Source: Prasinococcaceae sp. CCMP 1430
Taxonomy: Eukaryota; Plantae; Prasinodermophyta
NCBI GenBank assembly: GCA_013416795.1
Contig: RQSC01000007.1
Span: 200,707 to 264,706, forward strand
DNA length: 64,000 nt
Direction of reading: 5' to 3'
Shown here in pieces: positions 22,132-32,128 of the stretch. A program made the position numbers and the translations under genes. The first letter of the stretch is position 1. The number at the start of each line of letters is the position of its first letter. The notes under the pieces were generated by a model. It was given only the letters and a program-made list of their open reading frames with translations, was not told the DNA's origin and ran no database searches.

Positions 22132-23265
22132 ATGGGTGGCGAGCCGGGCGGCATAGCAGAGCCGTTGGTACACTGCAGCGCATTCCTGCGCACTGATGGC
22201 GAGCTGGACGGCGACGGGAGCGACGGCAGCGGCGAGGGGCACGTGCTCGTCTTCCTCAATAGCCCGCTGCCCCTGTGCTCGCTGCGGCTATGGCATGGAG
22301 GTGAGGGGCGCCTGGGTCGTTGCAAGGAGCGCGGTCAACGCCCGTGGCTGCTACCTTGCGAAGGCGGCGAGCTGTCTCCACTGCGCCGCCCAGTGGATCG
22401 AGCTGCGCATCGGCCCCTCTCCTCTGCGCGCGTGTTGCTGACGCGAGCTTGCCTCCGCTGCGCCGTTGCAGCGTCCACGGTGGTGTGCGCGGATGGCGGC
22501 TCCAACTGGGTGTACGACGATCTGCCTGCTCTCGCCGTCGCGTCTGGCGAGCACGCTGACGAAGCGTCCGCGCGCGAGGCGCTGCTGCCCGCGTACATAA
22601 TCGGCGACCTCGACAGTGTGCGCCCCGAGGTGCGCGCGTTTTACGCGGCGCGTGGCGTGGAGGTCATCGACCGCAGCTTCGACCAGGACAGCACGGACTT
22701 CATGAAGGCGCTCGACCTCCTGCAGGGCACCCTCGGACCGCACGGTGCCGATGGCGGCTCGGCGATGCGCGGTGGAGCGCTCGCTAGCACGAGCACGCAG
22801 ATCGTCGCGGTGTGCGGGTCGGGTGCTGATCGGCCCGACCATGACCTGGGGAACATGTCCACTCTCATCGAGAGGGCGGACAGGCGGATAGCGCTCGTTG
22901 GCAAGCGATGTATCACCCGCTGCCTTCCCGTGGGCCACAACTCGCTGCGCCTTGTCGCCGCCGAGGGCCCTGAGTGCGGTCTAGTGCCGCTCTGCGGCCC
23001 TTCGGCTGCGCACAGCCGCGGGCTGAAGTGGGAGCTCGACGGGCAATGCATGCGCATGGGTGGGCTCATCAGCTCGTGCAACCAGGTCACAGCGCGAGAA
23101 ATCTCCGTGCATGTGGTCGACGCGCCGCTGATGTGGACGGTGTGCTTCGACGACGCCGGGATCGTGCCGTATGAGACGAAGGTCAAATACGTGCGCGCCC
23201 GCACGGGCGGCGCGCTTGAGGGGGCCGACGTGGAGGCGCTCGATCGCAGGCTGCGCGACATGTAG
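22132..23265 (+). CDS. TPK1: Thiamine pyrophosphokinase; intron 22301-22471
   Basis: LVFLN..P, VCADGGSN, IIGDLDSVRPEV, DQDSTDFMKAL, CGLVPL, GLKWEL, GGLISSCN, LMWT. Confidence 0.9.
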   Translation: MGGEPGGIAEPLVHCSAFLRTDGELDGDGSDGSGEGHVLVFLNSPLPLCSLRLWHGGEGRLGRCKERGQRPWLLPCEGGELSPLRRPVDRAAHRPLSSARVLLTRACLRCAVAASTVVCADGGSNWVYDDLPALAVASGEHADEASAREALLPAYIIGDLDSVRPEVRAFYAARGVEVIDRSFDQDSTDFMKALDLLQGTLGPHGADGGSAMRGGALASTSTQIVAVCGSGADRPDHDLGNMSTLIERADRRIALVGKRCITRCLPVGHNSLRLVAAEGPECGLVPLCGPSAAHSRGLKWELDGQCMRMGGLISSCNQVTAREISVHVVDAPLMWTVCFDDAGIVPYETKVKYVRARTGGALEGADVEALDRRLRDM

Positions 23266-23352
23266 CATAAATCCCTTGTACACGACGTTGCCACCGCATG
23301 ACGTGCGTTGGGACCCGTTCTGGTCTCCATACAGTACCGTACAAACATATCA

Positions 23353-23860
23353 TTAGGCGCGATCCGGGAGCGCGCTGGTATCTATGTCATCGAGCATGGC
23401 GCGCGTGTGTCCGGCGAGCGTCATCACCTGCTCCCGCGTCGCCGCGAGCTCTCTTCGTAGCTCGGCCGCCTCGCTCTTGAGTGCCTCCGCGCCCGCCCCA
23501 CCGGCTGCCTGTGCGTTCGCGTCCGCGGCGTCGCTCGCACTCACTCTCGCACACACCCCGACTTGCCGCCTAAGCTCCGCGCTCGCAGCGGCATACCGCC
23601 CCATAGCCTCTTCGAGCGTGCTCGCTCGCTCTGCGGCCCCCTCCCCGCCGCCGCCGCCGAGGCACGCCGCCGCTGCCTCGAGCGCGCCGCTCGCCGCCGC
23701 GACAGCCTCGTGCCGCCGCGCTCGCCGCCGAGCGCGCCGCGGCCGAGCGTGCCCGCGAGCGGCCCAGAAGCGCGCACGCCGAGCTTCAGCGCGAGCGCGC
23801 CAAGCAGGAGGCGCGCGAGATGAGCGCGCTTCTGTGGGCTTGCAAGTAGCCGCACATTTC
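23353..23860 (-). CDS. Putative Mediator subunit 30-like coiled-coil protein; start codon not identified
   Basis: LEEAMGRYAAASAELR and EALKSEAAELRRELAATREQVMTLAGHTRAMLDDI resemble recalled plant MED30 helices (LDEASLRYKNSVTSLR; EKLEEQALSLRMEIA...RELIADI). The frame is open upstream, but the first in-frame ATG (23604) lies inside the similar region. Confidence 0.45.
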
Positions 23861-23903
23861 GTGTGTAGTGGACTAGGAAAGTAAGCTCTTTTACCTACTG
23901 CTG

Positions 23904-24689
23904 CTATGCAGGGGCGGCCGCTTTCCTCTTGCCGCGCGCGCGCAGCCTGACGGCAACCTCATGCACCAGGATGCCCAGTGGCCCCGCGACTGCGGCCGCA
24001 AAGACAGCGAGGCGGGTGGCGAGCGCGGGGAGGGCGCCGTTCGCGGCGGCAGCGGCGGCGGCCTCCGAGACCACATGACGCGCAGCGAACAGGTTGATGG
24101 CCAGTAGGTGCGCCCACGCGCTCGCGGCCGCCACCGCGTCCGACAACAGCGTGCCGATACCCTCCAGGGTCGGAAAGAACTGCGCCTGGCCCGTTCGGAG
24201 TCCTTCCTCCAGACTACCAGGCATGATGAGACTAGGCGACCGCACGCGCAGCAGAGGCGGCGGTGGGCGCGCACAAGGACGCGCGCGCGTGTGCGGATCG
24301 CGTGGGGGTCAGAGCGCGCTCGCAGCAGTGGTCGTGGAAGCGGCTGCGGCCGCGCGCTGGGTGCGCGAGCGCGCAGCAAACCTGAGTGTGTCTGGCGTCC
24401 AACTGAGCGCGAGCAGCACGCCGTAGACGGCGCACACTGGGAAAGTCAGCGCCGGCGACGATGCCAGCCTGCGAGCGAGAGGGCCGAGCGGCCGCGCAGC
24501 CAACACACACAGGATGGGCACCGTGTACGCGGTGACTCCAGCAAAGAGCGTGCCAGCGAGCGTCCCCACCGCGCCCTCGGCGGTGGACCAGCCCCACACG
24601 GCCGCACCTAGCGCGCCGCTCGCCGCCGCGACAGCCTCGCCGAGCGACGCCTCGGCCGCGCGGCTCGCGGTGACGACGCCCGGCGCCAT
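23904..24689 (-). CDS. ABA4: ABA4-like / DUF4281 membrane protein (neoxanthin biosynthesis family); intron about 24381-24234
   Basis: YGVLLALSWTPDTL|SLIMPGSL and ASAWAHLLAINLFAARHV...GPLGILVH match the family motifs SW.P.T and ASAW.HLL..DLFAAR. Confidence 0.75.
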
Positions 24690-25258
24690 CCCCTATTGAT
24701 CACCACGCCCCCTCGCTCCCCCGCCCCCAACGCCTCCCTCCACCGAGCTCTCTCACCTCGCTCGTCAATCCTCGGTACACCGACGCTGCGCTCCCACGCT
24801 GCGATGCGCGTGCGCTCTGCTACGCCCCCGCTGGCGAGGACGCCCTACCACCGTCCGGCCAGCGCCACGGCGCGTCGGCCACGTGCGCGCAGTTGTGTTT
24901 GTATTGGGGTTTAGGGCTTACTGTAACGTGCAAGCATGTGCATGCTGTGTGCGGGGGGAGCGGGTGATGGGTGGCAGCACGAGCTGGCGGTCGCTTTTCT
25001 CCGCTCGTTCCTTCCGCTCGTGCGAGACCTCCTCAGAGCAGCGCAGCGCTCGGGCTGTTCACCCGGGAGCGAGGCTGTCGCCGAGGCGCGGGCAATTGGG
25101 CAGGGGGGGGCGGGCGTTGGGTGGCGCACCCAGCGCATTCCGGCGGAGGTGCGCGAGCTCGGCGCACGTGAACGAAAAAGCTGCTGATGTACAAATACTT
25201 GCGGGGGAAGAGCAGCCCCACGGTGCGCGGCGGCGGAGCCGCGGGAGCGAGCGAGAAG

Positions 25259-25414
25259 CGCGCGTGCTATGTGTCAGGCGACCTGCCAGGTGCACCAAGC
25301 CGCACCCGCTAAGCGCGCCTCCAGCCTGCCGCGAGTTGTCACGGCAAGCCCGAGACGCACAGCGGGCACGAGTGCGTTGTCTTTGCTGGCAGGGCCATCA
25401 TGAGAGCACGCGCG
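25259..25414 (-). promoter_or_regulatory. SECIS element of the selenoprotein T gene, with an abnormally large (about 96 nt) apical loop
   Basis: On the minus strand, helix 1 CGCGCGTGCT (25414-25405) pairs with AGCACGCGCG (25268-25259). The core ATGAT (25401-25397) faces TGAC (25276-25273). Helix 2 GGC+CCTGCCAG pairs with CTGGCAGG+TC bulge+GCC. AAA lies 13 nt after ATGA (25384-25382). The element starts about 52 nt after the SelT stop. Confidence 0.8.
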
Positions 25415-25465
25415 ACTCGCCGCCACTGCAGCGCTCAACGCCAGCCCCGAGCGTCCACTCGGACG

Positions 25466-26306
25466 CTAGAGCTCCCAATCATCGTCCTCGACGGGCTCCT
25501 TGACCACGCGCTGCTGCTCGCGTTGGCGCTGCTGGTTGGCGCCCTTGCCGCTGCGCAGGCGCCCTTGCCTGCCAGCACTTCGCGCGCCGATTTCCTCCAC
25601 CAGGAAGTTGAGCCGCGGCATGCGCCCGCTCTCAAGCTTCGAGAAAATTTTCTCGCCGCCATAGTATATCTCGAAGGCACCAGTGGAGAGCAGGTTCTGC
25701 TGAATGGTGTTGCCGACGAACCAGGCGCCTGTGCACGCGCCGAACTTGTTCTGCCCCATGCTCTCGAAGAACTCGGGGACGCGCATACCGATCGCCGGGA
25801 AGATCGAGTTGGCGAATATAGTGGCGCCAATGAAGCCCAGCTGCGTCACCTGCGCCAGGTTAGCCAACACGACATTCGACGTCGAGGGCGGGTAGTTGCT
25901 TGGCACAACCTCGACGCCAAGTTGGCGCACGACCTGGTCGCGTACTTGCACGTACGCGCCCGCCATCTGTCACGACTGGCAGAAGGAGATGTGGACCTTG
26001 CCCTCGCGGCTCGGAGCGCCATAGGGCTCGTCACTCTCCACCTTTGAAACGCAAATGGCGTCACATGGGACCGAGGGAGCAGGACGAGAGCGGGGGATGC
26101 GCGGGACACGCGTAGGCGGGGAGGGAGGTCCGGTCAGCGCAATCATGCGCTCGCCGCGCCGCGTAGCGCCGCACCGCGCCGCGTAGCGCTCCGCCGCGCA
26201 ATGCAGTGCCGCAGCAGGCCGCGCCGCGTACCGTGTACGCCGAAGCGGCGGAGGCGAAGAGCGCCATCGCCAGCACCAGCGCCGCGGCACCCCTCCGCGC
26301 GCGCAT
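25466..26306 (-). CDS. SELENOT: Selenoprotein T (Rdx family, CxxU); TGA at 25972-25970 read as Sec; intron 26231-26042
   Basis: Signal peptide MRARRGAAALVLAMALFASAASAYT|VESDEPYG...KVHISFCQS-TGA-QMAGAY...NYPP...FVGNTIQQNLLSTGAFEIYYGGEKIFSKLESGRMP. The track splits this into two ORFs at the TGA. A SECIS lies downstream. Confidence 0.9.
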
Positions 26307-26717
26307 CGCTGCCGCCGCCCGCCACGCCGCGCGCCGCCCGCCGTGTGTGTGCGCGCCGCCTGTGCGGCCACCAAGCGCGCGCCCCGACCCACACGCAGCG
26401 AAACGCCGCAACACTTTTTCTTTTTCTTTTTCTTTTTTTTGGCGGCCTTTCGCCCACCCACGCGTGGCCTGGGAGACGAAGGGGCAACCGGCGCAATTGG
26501 ATGGATTCGATGGAATCCACACTTTTCTTCGAGAAATGTACGACATATGGAATCCATTTTTCACGTTTGGAATATGATGCCATGGGCGGATTCGCGAGTT
26601 CCCCAGGGCCGCTCCGCGCGCAGCGCGCAGCGGCCACGCGCGCGTGCCACTTCGCACCACGGCGCGGCCTGGGCTGCCCCCTCCTCCGACGCGGTCTTTC
26701 CCAGTGCAGGCGCAGCC

Positions 26718-27410
26718 ATGTCGGACGTCGACTGGAACAATCTGAAGAAGCTGCCCGCGGCGCTGCGCAAGGGCTACGGCGCATGGGACTGCGACAAGAA
26801 CGAGCTCATTGCGCCCGAGCGCGAGGTGCGCCGCACGCGCGTGCGCCGTTGTAGACGGCTGCCCGTGCGCTGCCGGGCATGGCGCGGCGTGCGCAGGCCG
26901 GCGGTGGAGCACGCGCGCGTCCACGCCCGCGCGCCCACGCGAGGAGACGAGGGCTTCGGCCACCGACTCGAACGACTGAGCCTGACCGTGCTTGTGCTGA
27001 CACTCTCGTGCACCCACCATGCCTGCACACAGTGCTACGTCTTCGAGGAGATCCCCACCATGGACTACCCCTGGGAGGGCATGCCAACGATTCCCCCCCA
27101 CAAGGACCGCGAACACCTCACCTTCTTCACCGAGAAGGACAAGCGCTTCAGGGTGCGCGCGAACCCTGACGAGGACGTCGCCGACGTGAAGCGCCGCATG
27201 TTTGACGGCGGCATGAATGCGCGCGCCAATCCCGGCACGCACTTCGAGACCATCGACGACGTTGTGCTGTGGTATGCTGGCCAGACCATGCGCGACGGCC
27301 ACAAGTTCTCCGAGTACCGCGTGCCGCCCGGCTGTCAGGCCATCATGGCCAAACACAAGAAGTGGATGGACCTCAAGAAGCCGCCGCCGGATGACGACTA
27401 CTGGCTTTGA
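26718..27410 (+). CDS. Small protein with a C-terminal ubiquitin-like domain, function unknown; intron 26826-27032
   Basis: LTFFTEKDKRFRVRANPDEDVADVKRRM...VVLWYAGQTMRDGHKFSEYRV follows the UBL pattern (dTV.dVK; L.y.Gk.L.D...L.dY.i). Codon usage is coding-like and TGTAA occurs 37 nt after the stop. Confidence 0.65.
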   Translation: MSDVDWNNLKKLPAALRKGYGAWDCDKNELIAPEREVRRTRVRRCRRLPVRCRAWRGVRRPAVEHARVHARAPTRGDEGFGHRLERLSLTVLVLTLSCTHHACTQCYVFEEIPTMDYPWEGMPTIPPHKDREHLTFFTEKDKRFRVRANPDEDVADVKRRMFDGGMNARANPGTHFETIDDVVLWYAGQTMRDGHKFSEYRVPPGCQAIMAKHKKWMDLKKPPPDDDYWL

Positions 27411-27669
27411 GCGAAGCGCGCGCCTCCGTCACGCACCATCCAGATTTGTAAATTAGGGGCAAGGATTCAGGGTTTGAAAATACAGGAGGAAACGAGTGCA
27501 AAGCGCCTCGGAGCAGCCGCCGCGCTGCGACAGCGCATCGCTCACCTCGCGCCCCTCTTGGGCTAGAGGGCTGCGCTGCTGCGCCATTCCTCGCGGCCCC
27601 GTGAGGGGCGCGACCCGAGGCAATCGTGGGCGCGTAGGGCGCGCGGGGCGCCTCCTGCCGCCCGCTGCG

Positions 27670-29596
27670 ATGGCGGCAGCCGCGCGCGCTCTGCGAGAGT
27701 TCGTTGGCGGCGATCTCGCCGCAGCAAACGACGAGGCGACCAATCTGTGCGCTATCGAGGACCCAGTGGAGACGCCCTTCAAATCCAAGTACGCGGCGAT
27801 CAACGTGCTCTGTGCCGCGCGAAAGCAGCTCGCAGGGCTGCTCGACGCCCACGAGCGCGAGCGAGCGAGCGCCGGCAGTGGCGCTGCCGGCGGTGACAGC
27901 GCCGCCGCAGAGGACGCGCTCTGTGCGCTCGACGTGCGCCTGGGGGGCATACACATCGACGTTGAGGCGCCGCACGACGCGCAGGGCTGCCTCGAGCGGG
28001 CACTCGCTCACGTGACCGATGGTGGGAAGGCTCGCGTGAGGCAGCGGCTGCGCGCGACGGCGCACGACCTTTACAATCAGCTTGGCGTGCTCTGGACAAA
28101 TCGAGGCGAGCACGAGCGCGCTGGGGCATACCTCGAGGAGGCCGCCGAGATCTACGCCAGCTTCGGCGCATTCGCAACCGCTGCTTCCCCGCTGGAACCG
28201 ACGCGCGACTGTGAGGCGTACGCAGGCGAGACTGCCGAGCGACTTTATGCGCACACCGCGTTCTACCTGGCGCAGAGCTACGGAGTCCTCGGCCGCGATG
28301 AGGAGGCGGCAGCGATGTGTGGGGAGACGCTCACTCGGCAGCTCACTGCCGCGGCGGCCGGCGCGACAGTCAATGCGGCAGCCGCCGACTATGGGCAGCA
28401 GCTCGCTGGCCTAAACTTTGCGGACTGGGTCGGCAACACGGCGCAGCTCTCCGGCGCGTTCGTGGGCCTTGGTGATATGGTGGCCGCGGAGCACTGCGTG
28501 CTAGCGGCCGAGGCTGTCTGGGCGTTGCGCCCCGGAGGCGCGTCAGGCGGTGAGAGTGATGGTGTGCGCGAGCGCGAGCTGGGTGCTAACATCGCGCTCT
28601 GTCGCGGAAAGTTACACGCCGCGCGCCTGGAGAAGGCCGTACAGCAGCGGCAATCGCGGCAATTCGGTCGCTCGGATGGCGAAGAGGAAGACGAGGCCAG
28701 GAGGACGGGGAAGAGGCGGCTGCCACTGGGCGGTGTGCGTGGCATCACCCTTCCCGAGCCGCACCTGCGCCCTGTGGGGGCCATCACGCAGGGAGGATGG
28801 CTGGACGCATGCGCTGAATTCCGCGACGCACAGCGCGCCTTCTGCGTGGCTATGGAATTCTACGTGCTCGACGGCTACGTCACCGACCACGTGAACGTGC
28901 TGCGTGCGCTTTCGGCCGCGCACGGCACGCTCGCGGGCTTCCTGCTGGTGCCAGCGAAATCCGACGGTCTGGGGAAAGCGGAGGGCGCCAAATACTGCAA
29001 AGTGCAGCGCAGAAGGGCTAAGCTGCTCGAGGGTGTCGTGGATGAGCTCAACCCGAGCCACTTTGCGGCCATTTGGCAGGAAATGCACTTCGAGCTCGGT
29101 GAGGTGGCGTCGTCGATGGTGGACGCCAAGCAGGCAGTGGGGCACCGGTACTGCTCCGTGGCGCGCTGTGCGACGAGGGCCGAGAAGCACTTCAAGCGCT
29201 TTCTAGACGGCTTCCGCGTCCCTATGCCGGATGGCGACATGCCAACCAGGATAGACAACGAGGAGGCGGAGCAGACGTACCTCACTGGCAGGTTCACACT
29301 CGCTAGGCTGCTACAGAAGGCGCACAGGTGCGCTGCACGTGTCACGCGCGCCAGTGCGCGCGCGAGTCACTACACACGCTGACTGCACGAGCTCAATGCG
29401 CGCCTGCTCGCGCACTAGGTCCGGCAAGGACGGCTCGGGCATCGAACCTCTGGTGAAGAGCCTGCGCGAGCACGAGGGCATCATCGACTACCTCGAGAGG
29501 AATGATCTGGCTGACAGCGAAACGCACGCGCCCATGCTCGAGGCCGCGCGCGAGTTCGCTGAGCTCCTGCCGTCCAAGATACGCATGTCGCAGTAG
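27670..29596 (+). CDS. KIFBP: KIF-binding protein (KBP/KIFBP) homolog; one intron near 29329-29418
   Basis: ETPFKSKYAA, TPR-like HDLYNQLGVLW, YAHTAFYLAQSY, YVLDGYVTDHV, CKVQRRRAKLLE..VDELNP, HFELGE and ELLPSKI are colinear with KBP family motifs. Confidence 0.85.
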
Positions 29597-29762
29597 GAAG
29601 TCCTAGGAACAGCCTCTTGGTGGCCTGAGCGGTGCCGCCGCGGGCGCGCGAGCGAGCGCACGGCTTTCCCTGCTGCGGCGAAGGTTGAAGCAACCACCCT
29701 TGCAATCACGCAAACATGCGCAGCGATGCTGTCGGGTGAATATGTTACACAGGCACTCGCGC

Positions 29763-30842
29763 TCAGAATGCATACGACTTCGTGCCGTGCTGACGGACGT
29801 CTCCGTACGTCTCGAGCTCCGCGATGTCTTCGCGAGAGCCGATGAAGAGTGGCGCGCGCTCGTGGAGCTGCGATGGTTGCATGTCTAGCACCTGACCTTC
29901 GCGCGTGCCGTCGGTGGCAGCTCCACCCGCGCGCTCGGCAACAAGCGCTAGCGGCGCGAGCTCGTACACGACCCGCAAGTGATAGCGCGGGTTGCCGCAC
30001 CATCCGCCCTGCTGTAATGTTCGATGGAAGTCGGCGACGAGGCTACACACGTACCGCTGTGAGTACTGCTTGCCGCTCTCGCTTTCACCATTCCTTACAG
30101 CGTCGATGTACGCTCGCAGCTCGTCCGGCCAATCGTTGTACCTCGCATCATTGAGGGAGTAGATGGCGCCTCGCGCGGGCACGTGCACGCCGGTTTGCGA
30201 GCGCAGGAACCTGCCGGACGCGCGGTCCAGTGTGTAGAAATCTGCGCGCTCGGTGCCCGGCGGGGCGAGGCAGAGGGTGGTTTGAACGCTGTACAAGGCG
30301 TATCCGGCCAGAACCTGCTCGCGGCCGGCGCGTAGCGCCTGTGCCTCCACACACTCGTCTGCGAGGTCCTGCCTGGAGCGGTAGACGCCGAAGATAGTGC
30401 CGACGGGAATGTTGACATCGACGTTCCTGCTTCCATCCAACGGGTCGAAGACGACTACGTACGGCGCCCCCGGTGTCACAACCCGCGCCTCCTCCTCCTC
30501 CTCACTCGCAAGCACGCGAACAAGGCCTGACTCAGCGAGCCGAGCGCTGAACAATTCGTTCGCGACGACGTCGAGCGCCTTCTGGGCGTCGCCACTAGCG
30601 TTGGCCCCGCCGGCCAGACCGCCAATGCCGCGAAGCGGCGCAGCCTCCAGCGCCGCACCAATCTCCGAGCACGCGCCCGCGATGGCCTCGACCAGCAACG
30701 CGAGCTCCCCCGCGTCAGCCAGCCCCGCGGCGTCGGCGTCGGCGCGCACCGTGGCGGGTGCGTGTCGCAGGTGGACACCTCGGGCGCCGTGGTGGCCATG
30801 TCGCAAGAGGGATCGCACGCCCGGGGGCGCGCCCGGGAGCAT
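29763..30842 (-). CDS. FBP: Class I fructose-1,6-bisphosphatase, chloroplast FBPII-like (lacks the redox Cys loop), intronless
   Basis: GDAQKALDVVAN, LASEEEE, VVFDPLDGSRNVD, SQRYVCSLVADFHRTL, LRVVYELAPLA and C-terminal YGDVRQ. A putative transit peptide starts at ATG 30842. Confidence 0.9.
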   Translation of the reverse strand: MLPGAPPGVRSLLRHGHHGARGVHLRHAPATVRADADAAGLADAGELALLVEAIAGACSEIGAALEAAPLRGIGGLAGGANASGDAQKALDVVANELFSARLAESGLVRVLASEEEEEARVVTPGAPYVVVFDPLDGSRNVDVNIPVGTIFGVYRSRQDLADECVEAQALRAGREQVLAGYALYSVQTTLCLAPPGTERADFYTLDRASGRFLRSQTGVHVPARGAIYSLNDARYNDWPDELRAYIDAVRNGESESGKQYSQRYVCSLVADFHRTLQQGGWCGNPRYHLRVVYELAPLALVAERAGGAATDGTREGQVLDMQPSQLHERAPLFIGSREDIAELETYGDVRQHGTKSYAF

Positions 30843-31135
30843 GCGCGCGTGCGTGGGCGTCCCGCGGTGCACGGCCACGCCGCGCCCGCCCGCCGGGCCG
30901 TGGCCTGCATCGCTCACGAGTGCGGAGGGGAGCGGGAGGAGCGCGCGCCAACACTCGCGAGAGTGGCGGCGCGCTGTGGGTCGGCGCACCCACTGGCATG
31001 TGTTTTTCTCTTCTCATCACACTTGTCCTCCATGGTAGGTACACAGGGCGAAAAGGAAAAGAAGAGCGCGTGCCACTCGGCGCGCGCGCGCGCGCCCGCG
31101 CGCACGCCGCCGCGTCGCGGCCCCCCGGCTCGGCG

Positions 31136-31805
31136 ATGGGGCTGAAGGAGCTGCTGGGCGGCGGCAGCGGTGGCGGCGGCGAGCGAGACCTGTACGACGG
31201 AGTCGAGTACTGGAACGGCCCGTATGACAGGACAGGCTGGCTCCAGAAGCAGGGCGAGTTTCTGCCCAACTGGCGCAGGAGGTGGTTCGTGCTGAAGGAG
31301 GGCAAGATCTTCTGGTTCAAGTCGTCCTCCCTGTCCGCCGCGTCGAAGCCACGTGGAGTCATCGATGTTAGGAGGTGCCTCAGCATTAAGGTGGGTGGTG
31401 CTACCGATGCAGATACCGCTTTCCCCCGTCCACTGCCCCCAGAGCTGGTGCTGTCCCTGCTGCGCGTCGCGCCCCCCATGCGTTGGTGGATCCGGAGGGC
31501 CGAGCAAACGCGTGGCGAAGTGGACGATGACGTCGCGTGCGGTCGGTGTAGTCGACTGTTCCGGAGCTGACCACTTGCGACTGTCCGCACTGCTCGCTCA
31601 CCCGCGGTGCTGCTTACACCGCCTCCAGAACGCCGACGAGTCAGCCGTCAATAAGGAGCACGTCTTCGAGCTATCGACGCAGGAGGCGACCATGTACTTC
31701 GTGGCTGACTCGGCCAAGGAGAAGGAGGAATGGATCAACGCTGTTGGCAAGGCCATTGTGCGCTCGAGCAGCGCCCTGGCAGAGCGCGAGGTCACCGATT
31801 ATTAG
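31136..31805 (+). CDS. PH1: Small pleckstrin-homology protein, AtPH1-like; intron 31391-31628
   Basis: GVEYWNGP.DRTGWLQKQGEF..NWRRRWFVLK.GKIFWFK...PRGVI and FELST...MYFVADSAKEKEEWINAVGKAIV...EVTDY. Confidence 0.88.
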
Positions 31806-32110
31806 ACGAGCATGATGGATCCCCCATTCTTTCGCCTGCAGGCACGCGCCACCAGCGGGCAGCTCTGCACCGGCGGCGGGCGCGGTGCCGCCTGTGGCGC
31901 TCCGCGGCACGTGCACGCACGCGCGCACGAGTAAGCGCCGAATGCACTCTCCTGCGAGTGGTCCCACAGAGCACCGCGCGCGGCGAGCGTGTCGGGAGAG
32001 TGCACGGCGTAGGCGAATGGGCGTGCTGGTGTCGGAGGGGGACTGAACACTCTTTAGCTCGACCATTCGGCAGCGCCGAGAGCTCACACTCTCGAACGCG
32101 TGCGAACGAA

Positions 32111-32128
32111 TTTAGGGTTTACCCTAAA
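32111..32128. promoter_or_regulatory. Inverted pair of telo-box-like motifs upstream of the threonine aldolase gene
   Basis: TTTAGGGT-TT-ACCCTAAA is a perfect 8 bp inverted repeat. A further TTAGGGTTT lies at 32227-32235. Confidence 0.5.

Noticed and set aside
21850-22300. Searched for a TPP riboswitch around the thiamine pyrophosphokinase gene
   Set aside because: No CTGAGA / AACCTGA...AATNCNNGCGNAGG signature was seen in the 5' region or the intron.
25309-25360. Splicing as a full explanation of the large SECIS loop
   Set aside because: The candidate intron is only 52 nt (the other introns identified here are about 85 nt or longer) and its removal still leaves a 44 nt loop. Kept only as an alternative hypothesis.
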